The notes under the pieces were generated by a model. It made no database searches. It saw nothing but the letters and a program-made list of their open reading frames with translations, and was not told the origin of the DNA. DNA of 48,633 nt, taken from an uncultured Eubacteriales bacterium (GTDB lineage Bacteria > Bacillota > Clostridia > Lachnospirales > Lachnospiraceae). The translations under genes and the position numbers were made by a program. The stretch covers positions 1 through 48,633 of the forward strand of contig ONVB01000206.1 of NCBI GenBank assembly GCA_900321145.1. The letters are read 5' to 3'. This document shows, one piece after another, positions 38,175 to 48,157 of the stretch. The first letter of the stretch is position 1. Every line of letters begins with the position of its first letter.

Positions 38175-40994
38175 ATGATGAAAAAAGGAATTAAGAAAAG
38201 TACATATATGATACTTATCGCTCTTGCCTTTGTGCTTGCCGCAGCGGGAGCAGTCATTCTTGGTATAGGCTTTTCAAAGAAAGCCGAAGCCGATACCAAT
38301 CGGACCGCTTTAAACCTTCCGGGGTTGGTGGTTGAGAATGCACTTTCTTCTTCAAAGGCCAAGCTTTCACAGGCAGAGTATGAAGCCTTAGTGGAGGCTG
38401 ACTACAAGGAAAGCGGCGGCATGGTCAGGTTCGGGAATTACAGAAAGCGTTTTGACGTGAACAAGACCACCTATTTTATAGGAACCTGGCTTATTGAGCT
38501 TGACGGCATGAACGAGACATACTACCGTCAGGCAACGCTCTCCAAGACACAGAGAAAGCAGAATATAGGCTTCTACAAGTCGGAGATACATGAGAACAGG
38601 TCAGTCGGAGACGGCGAGGACGTATGGGGTGAGCTTGCGGGAGCTTCTTTGAGCAGTCTCACAAAGGGAGAAGTTCTGAAGGAGGAAGCCTTAGACGGCT
38701 ACTGGATCAGCCATGTGGTAAATGCTGACGGTGTTCATGATCCCAAATCGGGAGATCTGATAGATCCGGATCTTGACAGTCTCTACGATCTTTTGAACCT
38801 GCCGGAGCTTCTGCCTCTTAAGAAGAAGTATGATGAGATAGAAGATAAGGAAATAAAGACCGAGGACGAGAAGCAGCATAATTACTATACCAGAAATCTT
38901 CTGGTATCGACAGACGGAGATCTGTCCGAACAGGATAAGCTGAGCTTTGCACCTTATGAAAAGCACGGAAGAAATGACATCACAGACAGATGTGATATAG
39001 AGATAAAGGCATTGATGCCTTACAACGAAAGGCTCAAAGCTGCATCGGAGGATGCGAGGGCGGAGATTATCTTGGACCTGTACGCAAGGGATGATGTCAA
39101 GAGACACGTGGAGGTATATAAGTTCCTTTGCATGGATGTGAACGGTAATCCGGCTGCACTTTCGAAGATAAATGAGATGCTCAGGTCAAAGGCCGCAGAG
39201 CAGGGAGCAACATTCTTAGCGGATGAAGAGTATGTACAGGCTGTTGCGGAAAGTTTAGAGAACTGTAAGAAAACATATTATGCTCTTTTATCTTCGCTGC
39301 TTTCCTCAAACGGAACAGTGATCGCGGATTACAGATATAGCTGGAGTACTGAGATCCTTGATATGGCTTACGAGGGGAAGCTCGGTGATGAGTCCGATAC
39401 ACGTGCCGATTACATATCTGCCGCAAACAGCATAGGAGCAGGAAATCAGGACAACGTAGAGCTTGAGAAGGCAGTGCTTGAAACCTCGTTTTTGCCTGAG
39501 GGTATAAAGAGATTTGAGGGCAAGGTAATATGTCCGGTATCACCCGATTATACCAAAGCTCTCAAAGAAGAAAAGTCGGAAGCAGTATTAAACGATATAC
39601 TTGCAGAGCAGTATAACGATGCCGTAAAGCAGATGCTTGAACTCGAATTTATGGTCACTGCCGAGACAAGCAGGATAGAGGTCGAGGCCGGAGCAAGACT
39701 GCTTCAGGAGCATATAATCATGGCCAAGCTCTGGAAGACTATGGTATATGACGATCCTTACGGACCTTTGGCGGAGGCTGTCATAGACAAGTATATAGAC
39801 TGGCTCATGAAGAAATACAAGGAGCTTACAGGAGAGGATTATGAAGATCCTGATCCTGACGACGATTTAGACGATCTTGATGACGGCGATCCCGAGACCG
39901 GCAGGATGATAGAGATCCTTAAGGGTGAGACACGGGACGGTGGCAAAGGCGATAAAGGACAAAGCTTTAAGGACAAGGGCGGAGAGCTGGCCGATGACTT
40001 TATGGACAGGATAGGCGGTCTTGACAACGACGGATTATTAAAGGAGCTCGGAAAGCTTGTAGGAGATGACCTGGGAGATGGCAACTTCGGTTCGCTTGAA
40101 GGGTTAGCAAGACTTGCCGGAGACCTCGGAAAGAAGAAAGACGACTTAGGTGATCTGCTCGGAACCGGAAATGGCGGTAATTCGGATGATTTCGGTAAAG
40201 GAAAGTTCGGCGGAGATATAGACGACATGCTCAATAAGGGGCTGAAGGACGGTTCCGACAGGAGCGGTGACAGAGATAACGAAAACTACGGCGATAATTA
40301 TGACGGACGCGACGGAAACGGCGGCGACGACAGCAAGCCCTGGGGTGATAATAAGGGACTGCTTGACAAGCTTGGCGCAGATGATGCAAATGAGTATGAT
40401 TTCAGTGACGATATGCTCGCATCGCTGCTTGCATCCATCCTCGGAACGGACTTCTCGAATCTTCCGGACAACATGAAGGCCGCTGCAATCGTGGCTATAC
40501 ACAGATATGGATTAAGACATAATGCAGTCAACTGTCTTGCGTATGCAAGAAAGCTTTTAAATCAGATAATCTCAGAGAAAAACCCTCTGTGCTATGCACA
40601 GTATGACGGAGATGTAACTGCTGAGTATATAAGCTTCGGTTCGATAGATTACAGTCAGGAGTATACAGGCTACAGGTTCGTGGAGGAAGACGGGGAGAAG
40701 ACTTTGGCAAGAACAGCAACGACCTCCTCCTATACTTTCGGCGACAGCAGAGTAAACCTCTCCGACGGAAGCATAAAGGATCTTAAGAACCCGCTTGGAT
40801 ACCAGACGGATTATTACATCTCTGTAGGCAGAAAAACCTTCCCTTATCTGAGCGAGGATGATGCAAGGACACTGCTTGATGAGAATGCGGAGTACATAAC
40901 CGAGACCGATTGGGGCATAACGGTTACGGCACAGATGGAGATTGAGACGGTAAGGATAATCGGAGAGCTTGAGAGAATTGCAGAGAGTGATTAA
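38175..40994 (+). CDS. Large exported/membrane-anchored hypothetical protein, paralogue of 41030..44566
   Basis: N-terminal TM/signal, helical core, D/G-rich linker, C-terminal beta domain; shared motifs with the next gene. Confidence 0.75.
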   Translation: MMKKGIKKSTYMILIALAFVLAAAGAVILGIGFSKKAEADTNRTALNLPGLVVENALSSSKAKLSQAEYEALVEADYKESGGMVRFGNYRKRFDVNKTTYFIGTWLIELDGMNETYYRQATLSKTQRKQNIGFYKSEIHENRSVGDGEDVWGELAGASLSSLTKGEVLKEEALDGYWISHVVNADGVHDPKSGDLIDPDLDSLYDLLNLPELLPLKKKYDEIEDKEIKTEDEKQHNYYTRNLLVSTDGDLSEQDKLSFAPYEKHGRNDITDRCDIEIKALMPYNERLKAASEDARAEIILDLYARDDVKRHVEVYKFLCMDVNGNPAALSKINEMLRSKAAEQGATFLADEEYVQAVAESLENCKKTYYALLSSLLSSNGTVIADYRYSWSTEILDMAYEGKLGDESDTRADYISAANSIGAGNQDNVELEKAVLETSFLPEGIKRFEGKVICPVSPDYTKALKEEKSEAVLNDILAEQYNDAVKQMLELEFMVTAETSRIEVEAGARLLQEHIIMAKLWKTMVYDDPYGPLAEAVIDKYIDWLMKKYKELTGEDYEDPDPDDDLDDLDDGDPETGRMIEILKGETRDGGKGDKGQSFKDKGGELADDFMDRIGGLDNDGLLKELGKLVGDDLGDGNFGSLEGLARLAGDLGKKKDDLGDLLGTGNGGNSDDFGKGKFGGDIDDMLNKGLKDGSDRSGDRDNENYGDNYDGRDGNGGDDSKPWGDNKGLLDKLGADDANEYDFSDDMLASLLASILGTDFSNLPDNMKAAAIVAIHRYGLRHNAVNCLAYARKLLNQIISEKNPLCYAQYDGDVTAEYISFGSIDYSQEYTGYRFVEEDGEKTLARTATTSSYTFGDSRVNLSDGSIKDLKNPLGYQTDYYISVGRKTFPYLSEDDARTLLDENAEYITETDWGITVTAQMEIETVRIIGELERIAESD

Positions 40995-41029
40995 AGCGAA
41001 GGATCTATAAAAACGGGAGTTGATTTATC

Positions 41030-44000
41030 ATGAAAAAGAGTAAAAGCGGCAAAAAAATGAATATCAGACGCAAGCTTGTGCTTCTGCTTTGCCTTGTCTT
41101 TGTGATCACATCCGTAAGCACAGGTTCGGATGTGATGGGTGAAATGCCAGGAGTTACGATAGCTGATTCGCCGCGCATCGTGCTCGCTGACGATGAGATA
41201 AGTGTTACAGACAAACTTCCGGGAGTTTCCTTCTCGAGCATAAACAGCAGCTATATTACGGATGGCATGATCCTTATGGGTGCATATCTTATACATAAGG
41301 ATTATATGAATGAATCCATATATAATCTTGCGGTGGCAAGTATGTCGCAGTACAACCAGCCTATATTCTACTATAAGTCATCACTTGCCGGCGGTAAGTG
41401 GGTAGATGTGTTCTCAGCGGCAAGCTTAGACGAGCTTCGCGGTACGACCGGCGAAACCGTAAACCAGAGTGCCCTGAAGGACTATAAGGTGTGCGCTGTT
41501 ATCTACGGGGATGGCGTTATGGAAGCGGTTGGCGGAGATAACAGAAATATATATAACATAACCAATCCCTATGATTTCAAGAATCTGAAGGAAATATCAG
41601 TACTTGCAACACTCTTTGAAGGTATAAAGATAGATGATCTGTACTTCGATGACGGTGTTGTAAAGAGTGATAAGAACAAGATGTCCGATGTATATATGAA
41701 GCTGTGGACCGGCAGATACCTGTTTGGCGCGATAGAAGGTGATACAAACGGAGCAGCCTTCACCAAAGCAGTCGGAGACGGAACCAATGAGACAACAAAG
41801 AAGATGGATGAATGTATCGATAGTATGAGGGGGATATATTCATATCTTGTAAGCAACGGATATTCAAGCGAGTATCTTTCGGCTATGATGGAAGCCATGG
41901 GACAGGCTGACTCCACAAGAAGAGCAGAGATGTACTATATGCTCGCGTTTAACGGTGCGGGTAAGATATATGACGATATCGTTAACAGGAGATACGGGAA
42001 CCTCATGACCAAGTATGAGTGGGCTGAAGAGTTCATGATCAACAACTGGGGCCCCGACTGGAGACAAAACGATAAGTGGTCCTCTGTGATCGATGAAGTT
42101 GTTCAGAAAAATGACCGGAGAACCCGGTGGACCAGTGTCGATTACGGCAATGTGGAAAGAACCATAGCTGCAGAATATAGTAAAAAATATAATATTCATC
42201 AGGATACGATAGCTGCCCTTAACTTCAGCAGCGGAACCAACAGAAAAGGAGTTTTCGCGTCCAATTATCTTGGAGTAGGCTGGATCAATGCGGTTCTTGC
42301 AGCATATCTTACGATTTCGCGTAAAGATATGGGTGAATGGGCTGCGGGCATGGCTTACAAGAATCTTATAGATAAAAGTGATAAAAACTATTATACTATA
42401 GTATATCTTGCTACCGATTACGCATGGGCTGTCAATCAGGCAGGTGACCGTCTTTCGGATGTAAGATACTGGGCAGACAAGGGCAATTACCAGATGGCAT
42501 ATAACAACTATATGTCAATGATCCAAAGAACCGGACTTACAAGAGAAGGTGCTCCGGACTTCAACAGCGATAATTATTTAGTTCCCGGATCGGGCAGACT
42601 GAATGACCTTTTGGACAGAGTGTCAAGCGGCCGTGACCTGGATGATGATGACAGGAAAACCTACACTCCGAACGCGGAGTATATAGATGCTATAAAGAAT
42701 GCCATACAGGAGTGCGAAGAATCATATTATATATATGATTCGGTCATAGTTAAACCTGACAATACGATCCTCGGAAATGCCAAGTACCAGACGATCAATT
42801 TTCTCGTGGAGAATGCAAAGACGGCAGGTAACGAGAGCAGCGTATCTCAGAATTATATAGATGCTCTTGTGGAATATACGACCATCAAGAATGTAATGTC
42901 GGATGTTATATCAAACAGAGACAGAGAACTTACCTATGTCACAAATACACTTATTCCTGCGACCGAGAGAAACTATACCGCGGCACTCTACGCCAATCCT
43001 TCCGATCTTTATTTTGCCGCATTGAACGAAGGTGCGCCGGAGGATACGGTAAAGGGCTATCTTTCGAGTCAGAAGAGTGAATTGGACGGTAAACTCGCGC
43101 AGCATGAATTTGCGGTTCAGGCTCGTGTAAAGAGACTTCCGCTCGGAACAAGGATAGCATATATAGATCAGCTGATAAATACTGCGGACGGATACAGAAA
43201 CAGTATAACCGATACGGCATTCAAAGAAAAAGCGAACACCTCGGTTGATGAGTATATTCAGTGGCTTAACAGCCTTAAGAAGACAATTCTCGGCGGCAGC
43301 TCCGGGGATTCCGAGCTTGATGGCCTGAACAGCCAGAAGGCAGCATTTATGGATGCATATTTAGATGCGCTTGATGAAGGTAACTTAGATGCGGCCGGTG
43401 ACTATAAGAATGCGCTGGATGATCTTCTCTCGAAGATATCGGATATTCAGGACGGAGCACTGAACGACTTTATCGATGCAAATGCATCTGATGCATCTGA
43501 CGCCTTAAATAAGCTCAAAGGTACAGATAAGGATCTTGCCGATCAGCTGCTCAACAAGGCAATGATGGAGATAGATAACGGCGGAGACGATGTAGGGGCT
43601 TATATAGACGCACTCGAGGAGCTTGGAGATAAGGATGGCTTAAGTAAGCTTAGAGGCAAGCTCAGCGATGCGGGTGCTGGAGACGGCTTGATCAATTCCG
43701 TAGACAAGGCCATGAAGAATATAGACAAGAACAACTCTGAGGATGCCGACGGAAACGGCGACGGCTCGGGTAACGGCAAGGGCGGAAAGAACGGCGACGG
43801 TACCGGCGGAAACGGTACAGGTAACGGCGGCAACGGAGATGACGACGGAAACGGCAACGGCGGCAATGGTGACGATGACGGAACCGGAAGAAACGGCGGA
43901 GAAGGCGATGACAGCGGCAACAGAGGCGATGGCCTGGACAACGTGGGCGACTATGGCAACAGAGACGACTCAATCTATGACGGACTGAACGACCTTATTA

Positions 44001-44566
44001 ACAGATTAGGCAGTGATTTTGATGATATGAGCAATGCCGATAAGGTTGCTGTGATTATAGGGCTTCTTGGCTATGACGGTTTGAATGCGGAGCTTGCGAG
44101 AAGACTTGCGATGCTTTTGCTCGACCAGCTTCTCTCGGAGGGAAATCCTTTCATATATGAGAAGTATCACGGTACAGAGACCGATTTCCTCTGTGTCAAT
44201 CTCAAAGCGGTTGACAGATGTATGGAATTCTCGGGCTTCAGATATGTGCTTAAGGACGGGCTTCATACCATGAGCCAGATAAACGGTTCGGCAAGCTATA
44301 TTTTTGAAGACGGGCTTGCGACGGTACTGAAGTCTGACGGAAAGCGTGAGAATATCAACATATCCCCGCGATCGCAGACGGATGTGACCATAGACAAGTA
44401 CGAGATAAAGAAGTTCCCGTATATAACAAAGGAAGACAGTGAGCAGTATCTCAACGTAAGCTGTTATTACATACCCGAGACCATATATGCGGTGATCAAG
44501 ACCGATAGTATGGACGAAAAAGCTCAGCAGCTATTGGAGCTTCTTGAGAGGGCTTACGGAGATTAA
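41030..44566 (+). CDS. Large exported hypothetical protein, paralogue of 38175..40994
   Basis: Signal peptide (RRKLVLLLCLVFVI), helical core, G/N/D-rich linker, shared C-terminal domain (SEGNPFIYEKYHG, FPYITKEDS). Confidence 0.75.
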   Translation: MKKSKSGKKMNIRRKLVLLLCLVFVITSVSTGSDVMGEMPGVTIADSPRIVLADDEISVTDKLPGVSFSSINSSYITDGMILMGAYLIHKDYMNESIYNLAVASMSQYNQPIFYYKSSLAGGKWVDVFSAASLDELRGTTGETVNQSALKDYKVCAVIYGDGVMEAVGGDNRNIYNITNPYDFKNLKEISVLATLFEGIKIDDLYFDDGVVKSDKNKMSDVYMKLWTGRYLFGAIEGDTNGAAFTKAVGDGTNETTKKMDECIDSMRGIYSYLVSNGYSSEYLSAMMEAMGQADSTRRAEMYYMLAFNGAGKIYDDIVNRRYGNLMTKYEWAEEFMINNWGPDWRQNDKWSSVIDEVVQKNDRRTRWTSVDYGNVERTIAAEYSKKYNIHQDTIAALNFSSGTNRKGVFASNYLGVGWINAVLAAYLTISRKDMGEWAAGMAYKNLIDKSDKNYYTIVYLATDYAWAVNQAGDRLSDVRYWADKGNYQMAYNNYMSMIQRTGLTREGAPDFNSDNYLVPGSGRLNDLLDRVSSGRDLDDDDRKTYTPNAEYIDAIKNAIQECEESYYIYDSVIVKPDNTILGNAKYQTINFLVENAKTAGNESSVSQNYIDALVEYTTIKNVMSDVISNRDRELTYVTNTLIPATERNYTAALYANPSDLYFAALNEGAPEDTVKGYLSSQKSELDGKLAQHEFAVQARVKRLPLGTRIAYIDQLINTADGYRNSITDTAFKEKANTSVDEYIQWLNSLKKTILGGSSGDSELDGLNSQKAAFMDAYLDALDEGNLDAAGDYKNALDDLLSKISDIQDGALNDFIDANASDASDALNKLKGTDKDLADQLLNKAMMEIDNGGDDVGAYIDALEELGDKDGLSKLRGKLSDAGAGDGLINSVDKAMKNIDKNNSEDADGNGDGSGNGKGGKNGDGTGGNGTGNGGNGDDDGNGNGGNGDDDGTGRNGGEGDDSGNRGDGLDNVGDYGNRDDSIYDGLNDLINRLGSDFDDMSNADKVAVIIGLLGYDGLNAELARRLAMLLLDQLLSEGNPFIYEKYHGTETDFLCVNLKAVDRCMEFSGFRYVLKDGLHTMSQINGSASYIFEDGLATVLKSDGKRENINISPRSQTDVTIDKYEIKKFPYITKEDSEQYLNVSCYYIPETIYAVIKTDSMDEKAQQLLELLERAYGD
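43741..43960 (+). repeat. Low-complexity Gly/Asn/Asp coding repeat
   Basis: DGNGDGSGNGKGGKNGDGTGGNGTGNGGNGDDDGNGNGGNGDDDG..., with repeated AACGGC/GACGG units. Confidence 0.8.
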
Positions 44567-44584
44567 TTATATTTTATTATATTT

Positions 44585-44618
44585 AGTGACTGTTTAGTGA
44601 CTGTTTGTGTAATATAAT
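44585..44618 (+). promoter_or_regulatory. CIS promoter box 3
   Basis: Perfect 11-bp tandem AGTGACTGTTT x2 (44585-44606); TATAAT at 44613-44618, 8 bp after the second AGTGACTGT. Confidence 0.82.
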
Positions 44619-44649
44619 ACGACCATAACAAGAAAGGAAAACAAAGCTT

Positions 44650-45240
44650 ATGGCAGATTATCCTATTATTGCCGACGTAAGTGCATACATCGTCCGGACT
44701 TTAAGACAGAAGATGTGTCCGGAGCCGATACCTTCACCGAACAATATAGAGATATCGTCCCCGGCGTCTCAGGACGTTGACTACATACTCGGGCTTTACC
44801 TCTACGATGTGAAGGAAGAGAATGATGTTACAAGGCCGCCGAACATACAGCGTGGCCGCGTACAGCTCACTTTACCGCCAAGGCCGTATAGCTTATACTA
44901 TATGGTATTTATAAACGGATCCTCCCAGATGGGACTTAAGGCTCCGGATATACAAAAGATCATAGGTCGTGTGGCACAGATCATCAATGATAACAATTCA
45001 GTGCTGCCGAACCAACTGCAATCCTGGCTGGATACACAGGAACCTCCGATAGTACTGTCTCAGGCGAAGATAAGTCTGGAGGAAAAGGTAAGGGTGTGGA
45101 GTGCTATCAACAAGCCATATCAGATAAGCCTCTTCTACAAGGCGGCCCCCGTATTCTTATCCAGTGAGGTTGTTATCGATACACCGAGAGTTGTTGATGC
45201 AAGCTTTGGTGTACACATTACCGGCGAAGGGAGGGAGTAA
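44650..45240 (+). CDS. Pvc16/Afp16-like (DUF4255) CIS tail terminator/cap protein
   Basis: LGLYLYDVKE, PP..SLYYMV, IIGRVAQIINDN, LEEKVRVWSAINKPYQISLFY motifs; first gene of the sheath/tube operon. Confidence 0.85.
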   Translation: MADYPIIADVSAYIVRTLRQKMCPEPIPSPNNIEISSPASQDVDYILGLYLYDVKEENDVTRPPNIQRGRVQLTLPPRPYSLYYMVFINGSSQMGLKAPDIQKIIGRVAQIINDNNSVLPNQLQSWLDTQEPPIVLSQAKISLEEKVRVWSAINKPYQISLFYKAAPVFLSSEVVIDTPRVVDASFGVHITGEGRE

Positions 45241-45246
45241 TGTAAA

Positions 45247-45984
45247 TTGGAAGACGGTGCTGTAATCCGTTGCAGGCTGGATCTCTTAGTCCGGCTCATC
45301 GACACAACGACGGGGCAGGCCATAACCGAACGCAATGTGCTTTTCAAACGAGGAGACACTAAGCTTACTGCACACGGCAGGGGCGAGGGCAACTTTGTCT
45401 TTATAGACACTGGCAGAGAAGACTTTCTTATGACGCTCTCGGTATTCGGCTATGAAGATAAGCTTATTGATGTAAAGTATGAAAACCTTGACGAAAGGAT
45501 GCCTTCCATAGATGCATTCCTGCTACCGGCAGAGAGTACTTTTGATATCATTACTCTTTCGGGAAGGCGTACCGGTCTTGTGGCTGTTGAGGCGGTTCAA
45601 GTAAGTAAACCGGTTTGCAGCATAAGCGAATTCAACAAAAAAGATCAGAAAGTGACGCTCTTTTTACCAAACAAGCTGATGAACATGGAGGGAGCGCACT
45701 ACGGACTCTTAAAAGGAGAGGAAAGCTACGAACACATCTTTGTGGAAAAGCAGTTTACACCCACATTGATAAAGGTTAAGGATCCTCTTGAGGAAGAGTT
45801 CACGGTAAACAGCCCTATATGCAGGGTAGTGTTCGGAGAGGTCGGTCCGAAGGGAAGCTTCAGACTAAGGGTCAGAGATTCCGGAGGCGATCTAAGATAC
45901 CTTGTAAGATATCAGATCAAAGACAAGGTAAAGTTCAAACTCATTGATTTTAAAAATGATGACCTTTCCGAGATTAAGCTTTAA
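45247..45984 (+). CDS. Hypothetical CIS protein with an N-terminal carboxypeptidase-regulatory-like (beta-sandwich) domain
   Basis: VRLIDTTTGQAI...GNFVF...LSVFGYE pattern; lies between DUF4255 and DUF4280; TTG start after GGGAG. Confidence 0.55.
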   Translation: MEDGAVIRCRLDLLVRLIDTTTGQAITERNVLFKRGDTKLTAHGRGEGNFVFIDTGREDFLMTLSVFGYEDKLIDVKYENLDERMPSIDAFLLPAESTFDIITLSGRRTGLVAVEAVQVSKPVCSISEFNKKDQKVTLFLPNKLMNMEGAHYGLLKGEESYEHIFVEKQFTPTLIKVKDPLEEEFTVNSPICRVVFGEVGPKGSFRLRVRDSGGDLRYLVRYQIKDKVKFKLIDFKNDDLSEIKL

Positions 45985-46001
45985 GAGCACGAGGTAAAAA
46001 A

Positions 46002-46391
46002 ATGGGACAGATAGTTACAACCGGCGCACAGATGGTGTGCAGTTTCGGAACAGCTCCGGCGAACTTTACGGCCACGAATCAGCAGACGGTTCTGGTTGAC
46101 GGAAAACCGGCGGGAGTTTTGGCAGACAGTGCGGCTATGGTGAACATAGCGCCCTTTGGGATGTGTACCTCACTCGCAAACCCGGCTGTAGCGTCAGCTA
46201 CGGCGGCAGCTTTGGGAGTACTTACACCGCAACCGTGCGCACCGCTTCCTGCGGGCACATGGATCCCATCGCAGTTTACGGTATTATGTGCAGGCAGCCC
46301 GTGCCTCACCAATGACTGCAAGCTTATGTGTTCTTATGCGGGATCGATTTCCATCACTAATCCCGGACAGGTAAAGACAAGTATAAATTGA
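46002..46391 (+). CDS. DUF4280 PAAR-like spike tip protein
   Basis: GAQMVCSFG, NIAPFGMCTSLANPAVASATAAALGVLTPQPC, KLMCSYAGSISITNPGQ. Confidence 0.92.
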   Translation: MGQIVTTGAQMVCSFGTAPANFTATNQQTVLVDGKPAGVLADSAAMVNIAPFGMCTSLANPAVASATAAALGVLTPQPCAPLPAGTWIPSQFTVLCAGSPCLTNDCKLMCSYAGSISITNPGQVKTSIN

Positions 46392-46405
46392 AAGGAGAAA
46401 ACTAA

Positions 46406-48112
46406 ATGGCTGAATATTTTTCACCGGGCGTATATGTAGAGGAGTATGACAATTCTCCTCGTAGCATCGAGGGTGTCGGCACAAGCACAGCAGGTTTCAT
46501 AGGCTTCGCCGAGAAGGGTGCAACAGAGGGCGCACCTGCACTCGTAACCAATTTCAAGAGCTTTAAGAAGCAGTTTGGCGGTTTCTTATCAGAGTATACT
46601 CACGGAGAGTACCGCTTCCTCGCAAACAGCGTTGAGCAGTTCTTCGCAAACGGAGGAACACGCTGCTATGTAACAAGAGTTATTCCTTCAGACGCCACTA
46701 AGGCTAAGAAGAAGGCAGGTATCCTTACATTTACCGCAGCTAATGAGGGTAAGTGGGGCAACCGTGTTCAGATCAGCTTCGCAACCGTTACAAAGCGCAA
46801 GATGCAGCTTATCGCAAAGTCTGGCGATGCAGCTTATGTAGCAAAGAGTGTAGACGGTTTCAAGGAAGGCGATATAGTAGTAGTTAACGGCGAGTACAAT
46901 CGTATCGCTACAATCTACGATGAGACAGTTACCTTCGAGAACAAGTTCAAGGCAGAGGTAGTTGACGAGTCGGTTATCCCGAAGACAGTTCTCTTCCTTG
47001 TAACCTTTGATGCACAGATCAGATTCAATGATGAAGTTGAGGTTTATACAGAGCTTTCACTCAATACCACATCACCGAACTTCATCGGTTCAAAACTTGC
47101 AACCAGCGAGCTCGTAAAGGTTGAGGTAGCTCCGGCCAAGGAGATCGGAAATCCTGTAGAGGCAATTCTCGGCAAGGGCGTTACAGACGGCATGATCAGC
47201 CTTGAGGGTGGTACAGACGGTACAATGTCCAAGGTTAACGCCGGCACATTTATCGGTGTTGACGAGGGCCCCGGCAAGCGTACAGGTATCCAGGCATTCC
47301 TTGAGAATGACATCGTAAGCATGATCGCAGTTCCCGGTGTTACAATCCCTGAGGTTATCGTAGCACTCGTTGCACATTGTGAGAATACAAGAAGCCGCTT
47401 CGCAGTTATCGATATGCCCGGCGATAAGTATAAGACAGATGATCTTATCAATTACAGAAGCATGATCGATTCTACTTATGCAGCTATGTATCACCCATGG
47501 ATCCAGGTATTTGACAGAAGCTCAAACAAGCCTGATTTCATGCCTCCTTCAGGAGCAGTTATGGGTGTTTACTCAAGAACAGATATCAACCGCGGTGTTC
47601 ACAAGGCACCTGCAAACGAGACTGTATTCTGTACAGGACTCAAGGTTAACTATACCAAGGAGGAGCAGGACATCCTTAATCCTGAGGGCATCAACCTTAT
47701 CAGGAACATTCCGGGATCGGGAATCCGTATCTGGGGTGCAAGGACAGCAAGCTCCAACAAGGCTTTCAAGTATGTCAATGTCAGAAGATTATTCATCTAC
47801 GTTGAGGAGTCTATCAAGGCAAATACAAACTGGGTAGTATTTGAGCCGAACGATCCTACACTTTGGCAGAGAGTAAGCTTGACCATAAGCTCATTCTTAG
47901 ACAGCATGTGGAGATCGGGACAGCTTTCAGGTACATCACCTGCAGAGGCATACTTCGTGGAGATCGGACCTTCAACAATGTCGAGAGACGATATCCTTAA
48001 CGGACGTCTTATCTGTAACGTAGGTATCGCACCTTCAAGACCGGCAGAGTTCGTAATCTTCCGTGTTACACAGCACACCGCAGAGTCTGGCGGAGCAGCT
48101 GAGGAAAGCTAA
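46406..48112 (+). CDS. Contractile tail sheath protein (Afp2/Pvc2-4-like)
   Basis: SPGVYVEE, FFANGG..CYVTR, AAMYHPW, PPSG..G...R.D..RGVHKAPAN, WGART, YVNVRRL, VFEPN, PAEFVIFR. Confidence 0.97.
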   Translation: MAEYFSPGVYVEEYDNSPRSIEGVGTSTAGFIGFAEKGATEGAPALVTNFKSFKKQFGGFLSEYTHGEYRFLANSVEQFFANGGTRCYVTRVIPSDATKAKKKAGILTFTAANEGKWGNRVQISFATVTKRKMQLIAKSGDAAYVAKSVDGFKEGDIVVVNGEYNRIATIYDETVTFENKFKAEVVDESVIPKTVLFLVTFDAQIRFNDEVEVYTELSLNTTSPNFIGSKLATSELVKVEVAPAKEIGNPVEAILGKGVTDGMISLEGGTDGTMSKVNAGTFIGVDEGPGKRTGIQAFLENDIVSMIAVPGVTIPEVIVALVAHCENTRSRFAVIDMPGDKYKTDDLINYRSMIDSTYAAMYHPWIQVFDRSSNKPDFMPPSGAVMGVYSRTDINRGVHKAPANETVFCTGLKVNYTKEEQDILNPEGINLIRNIPGSGIRIWGARTASSNKAFKYVNVRRLFIYVEESIKANTNWVVFEPNDPTLWQRVSLTISSFLDSMWRSGQLSGTSPAEAYFVEIGPSTMSRDDILNGRLICNVGIAPSRPAEFVIFRVTQHTAESGGAAEES

Positions 48113-48157
48113 AATACCTTAAAGACGAGGAATAATACAGTAAAGGAGAGTTAAATA

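Noticed and set aside
39840-40380. Collagen-like or RTX Ca-binding repeats in the D/G-rich linker
   Set aside because: No sustained Gly-X-Y periodicity and no GGxGxDxLx nonapeptides; treated as a flexible acidic linker.
43600-43988. Pro/Ser-, Arg/Cys- and Thr/Ala-rich ORFs
   Set aside because: Alternate-frame readings of the Gly/Asn/Asp low-complexity linker of the 1178-aa gene.
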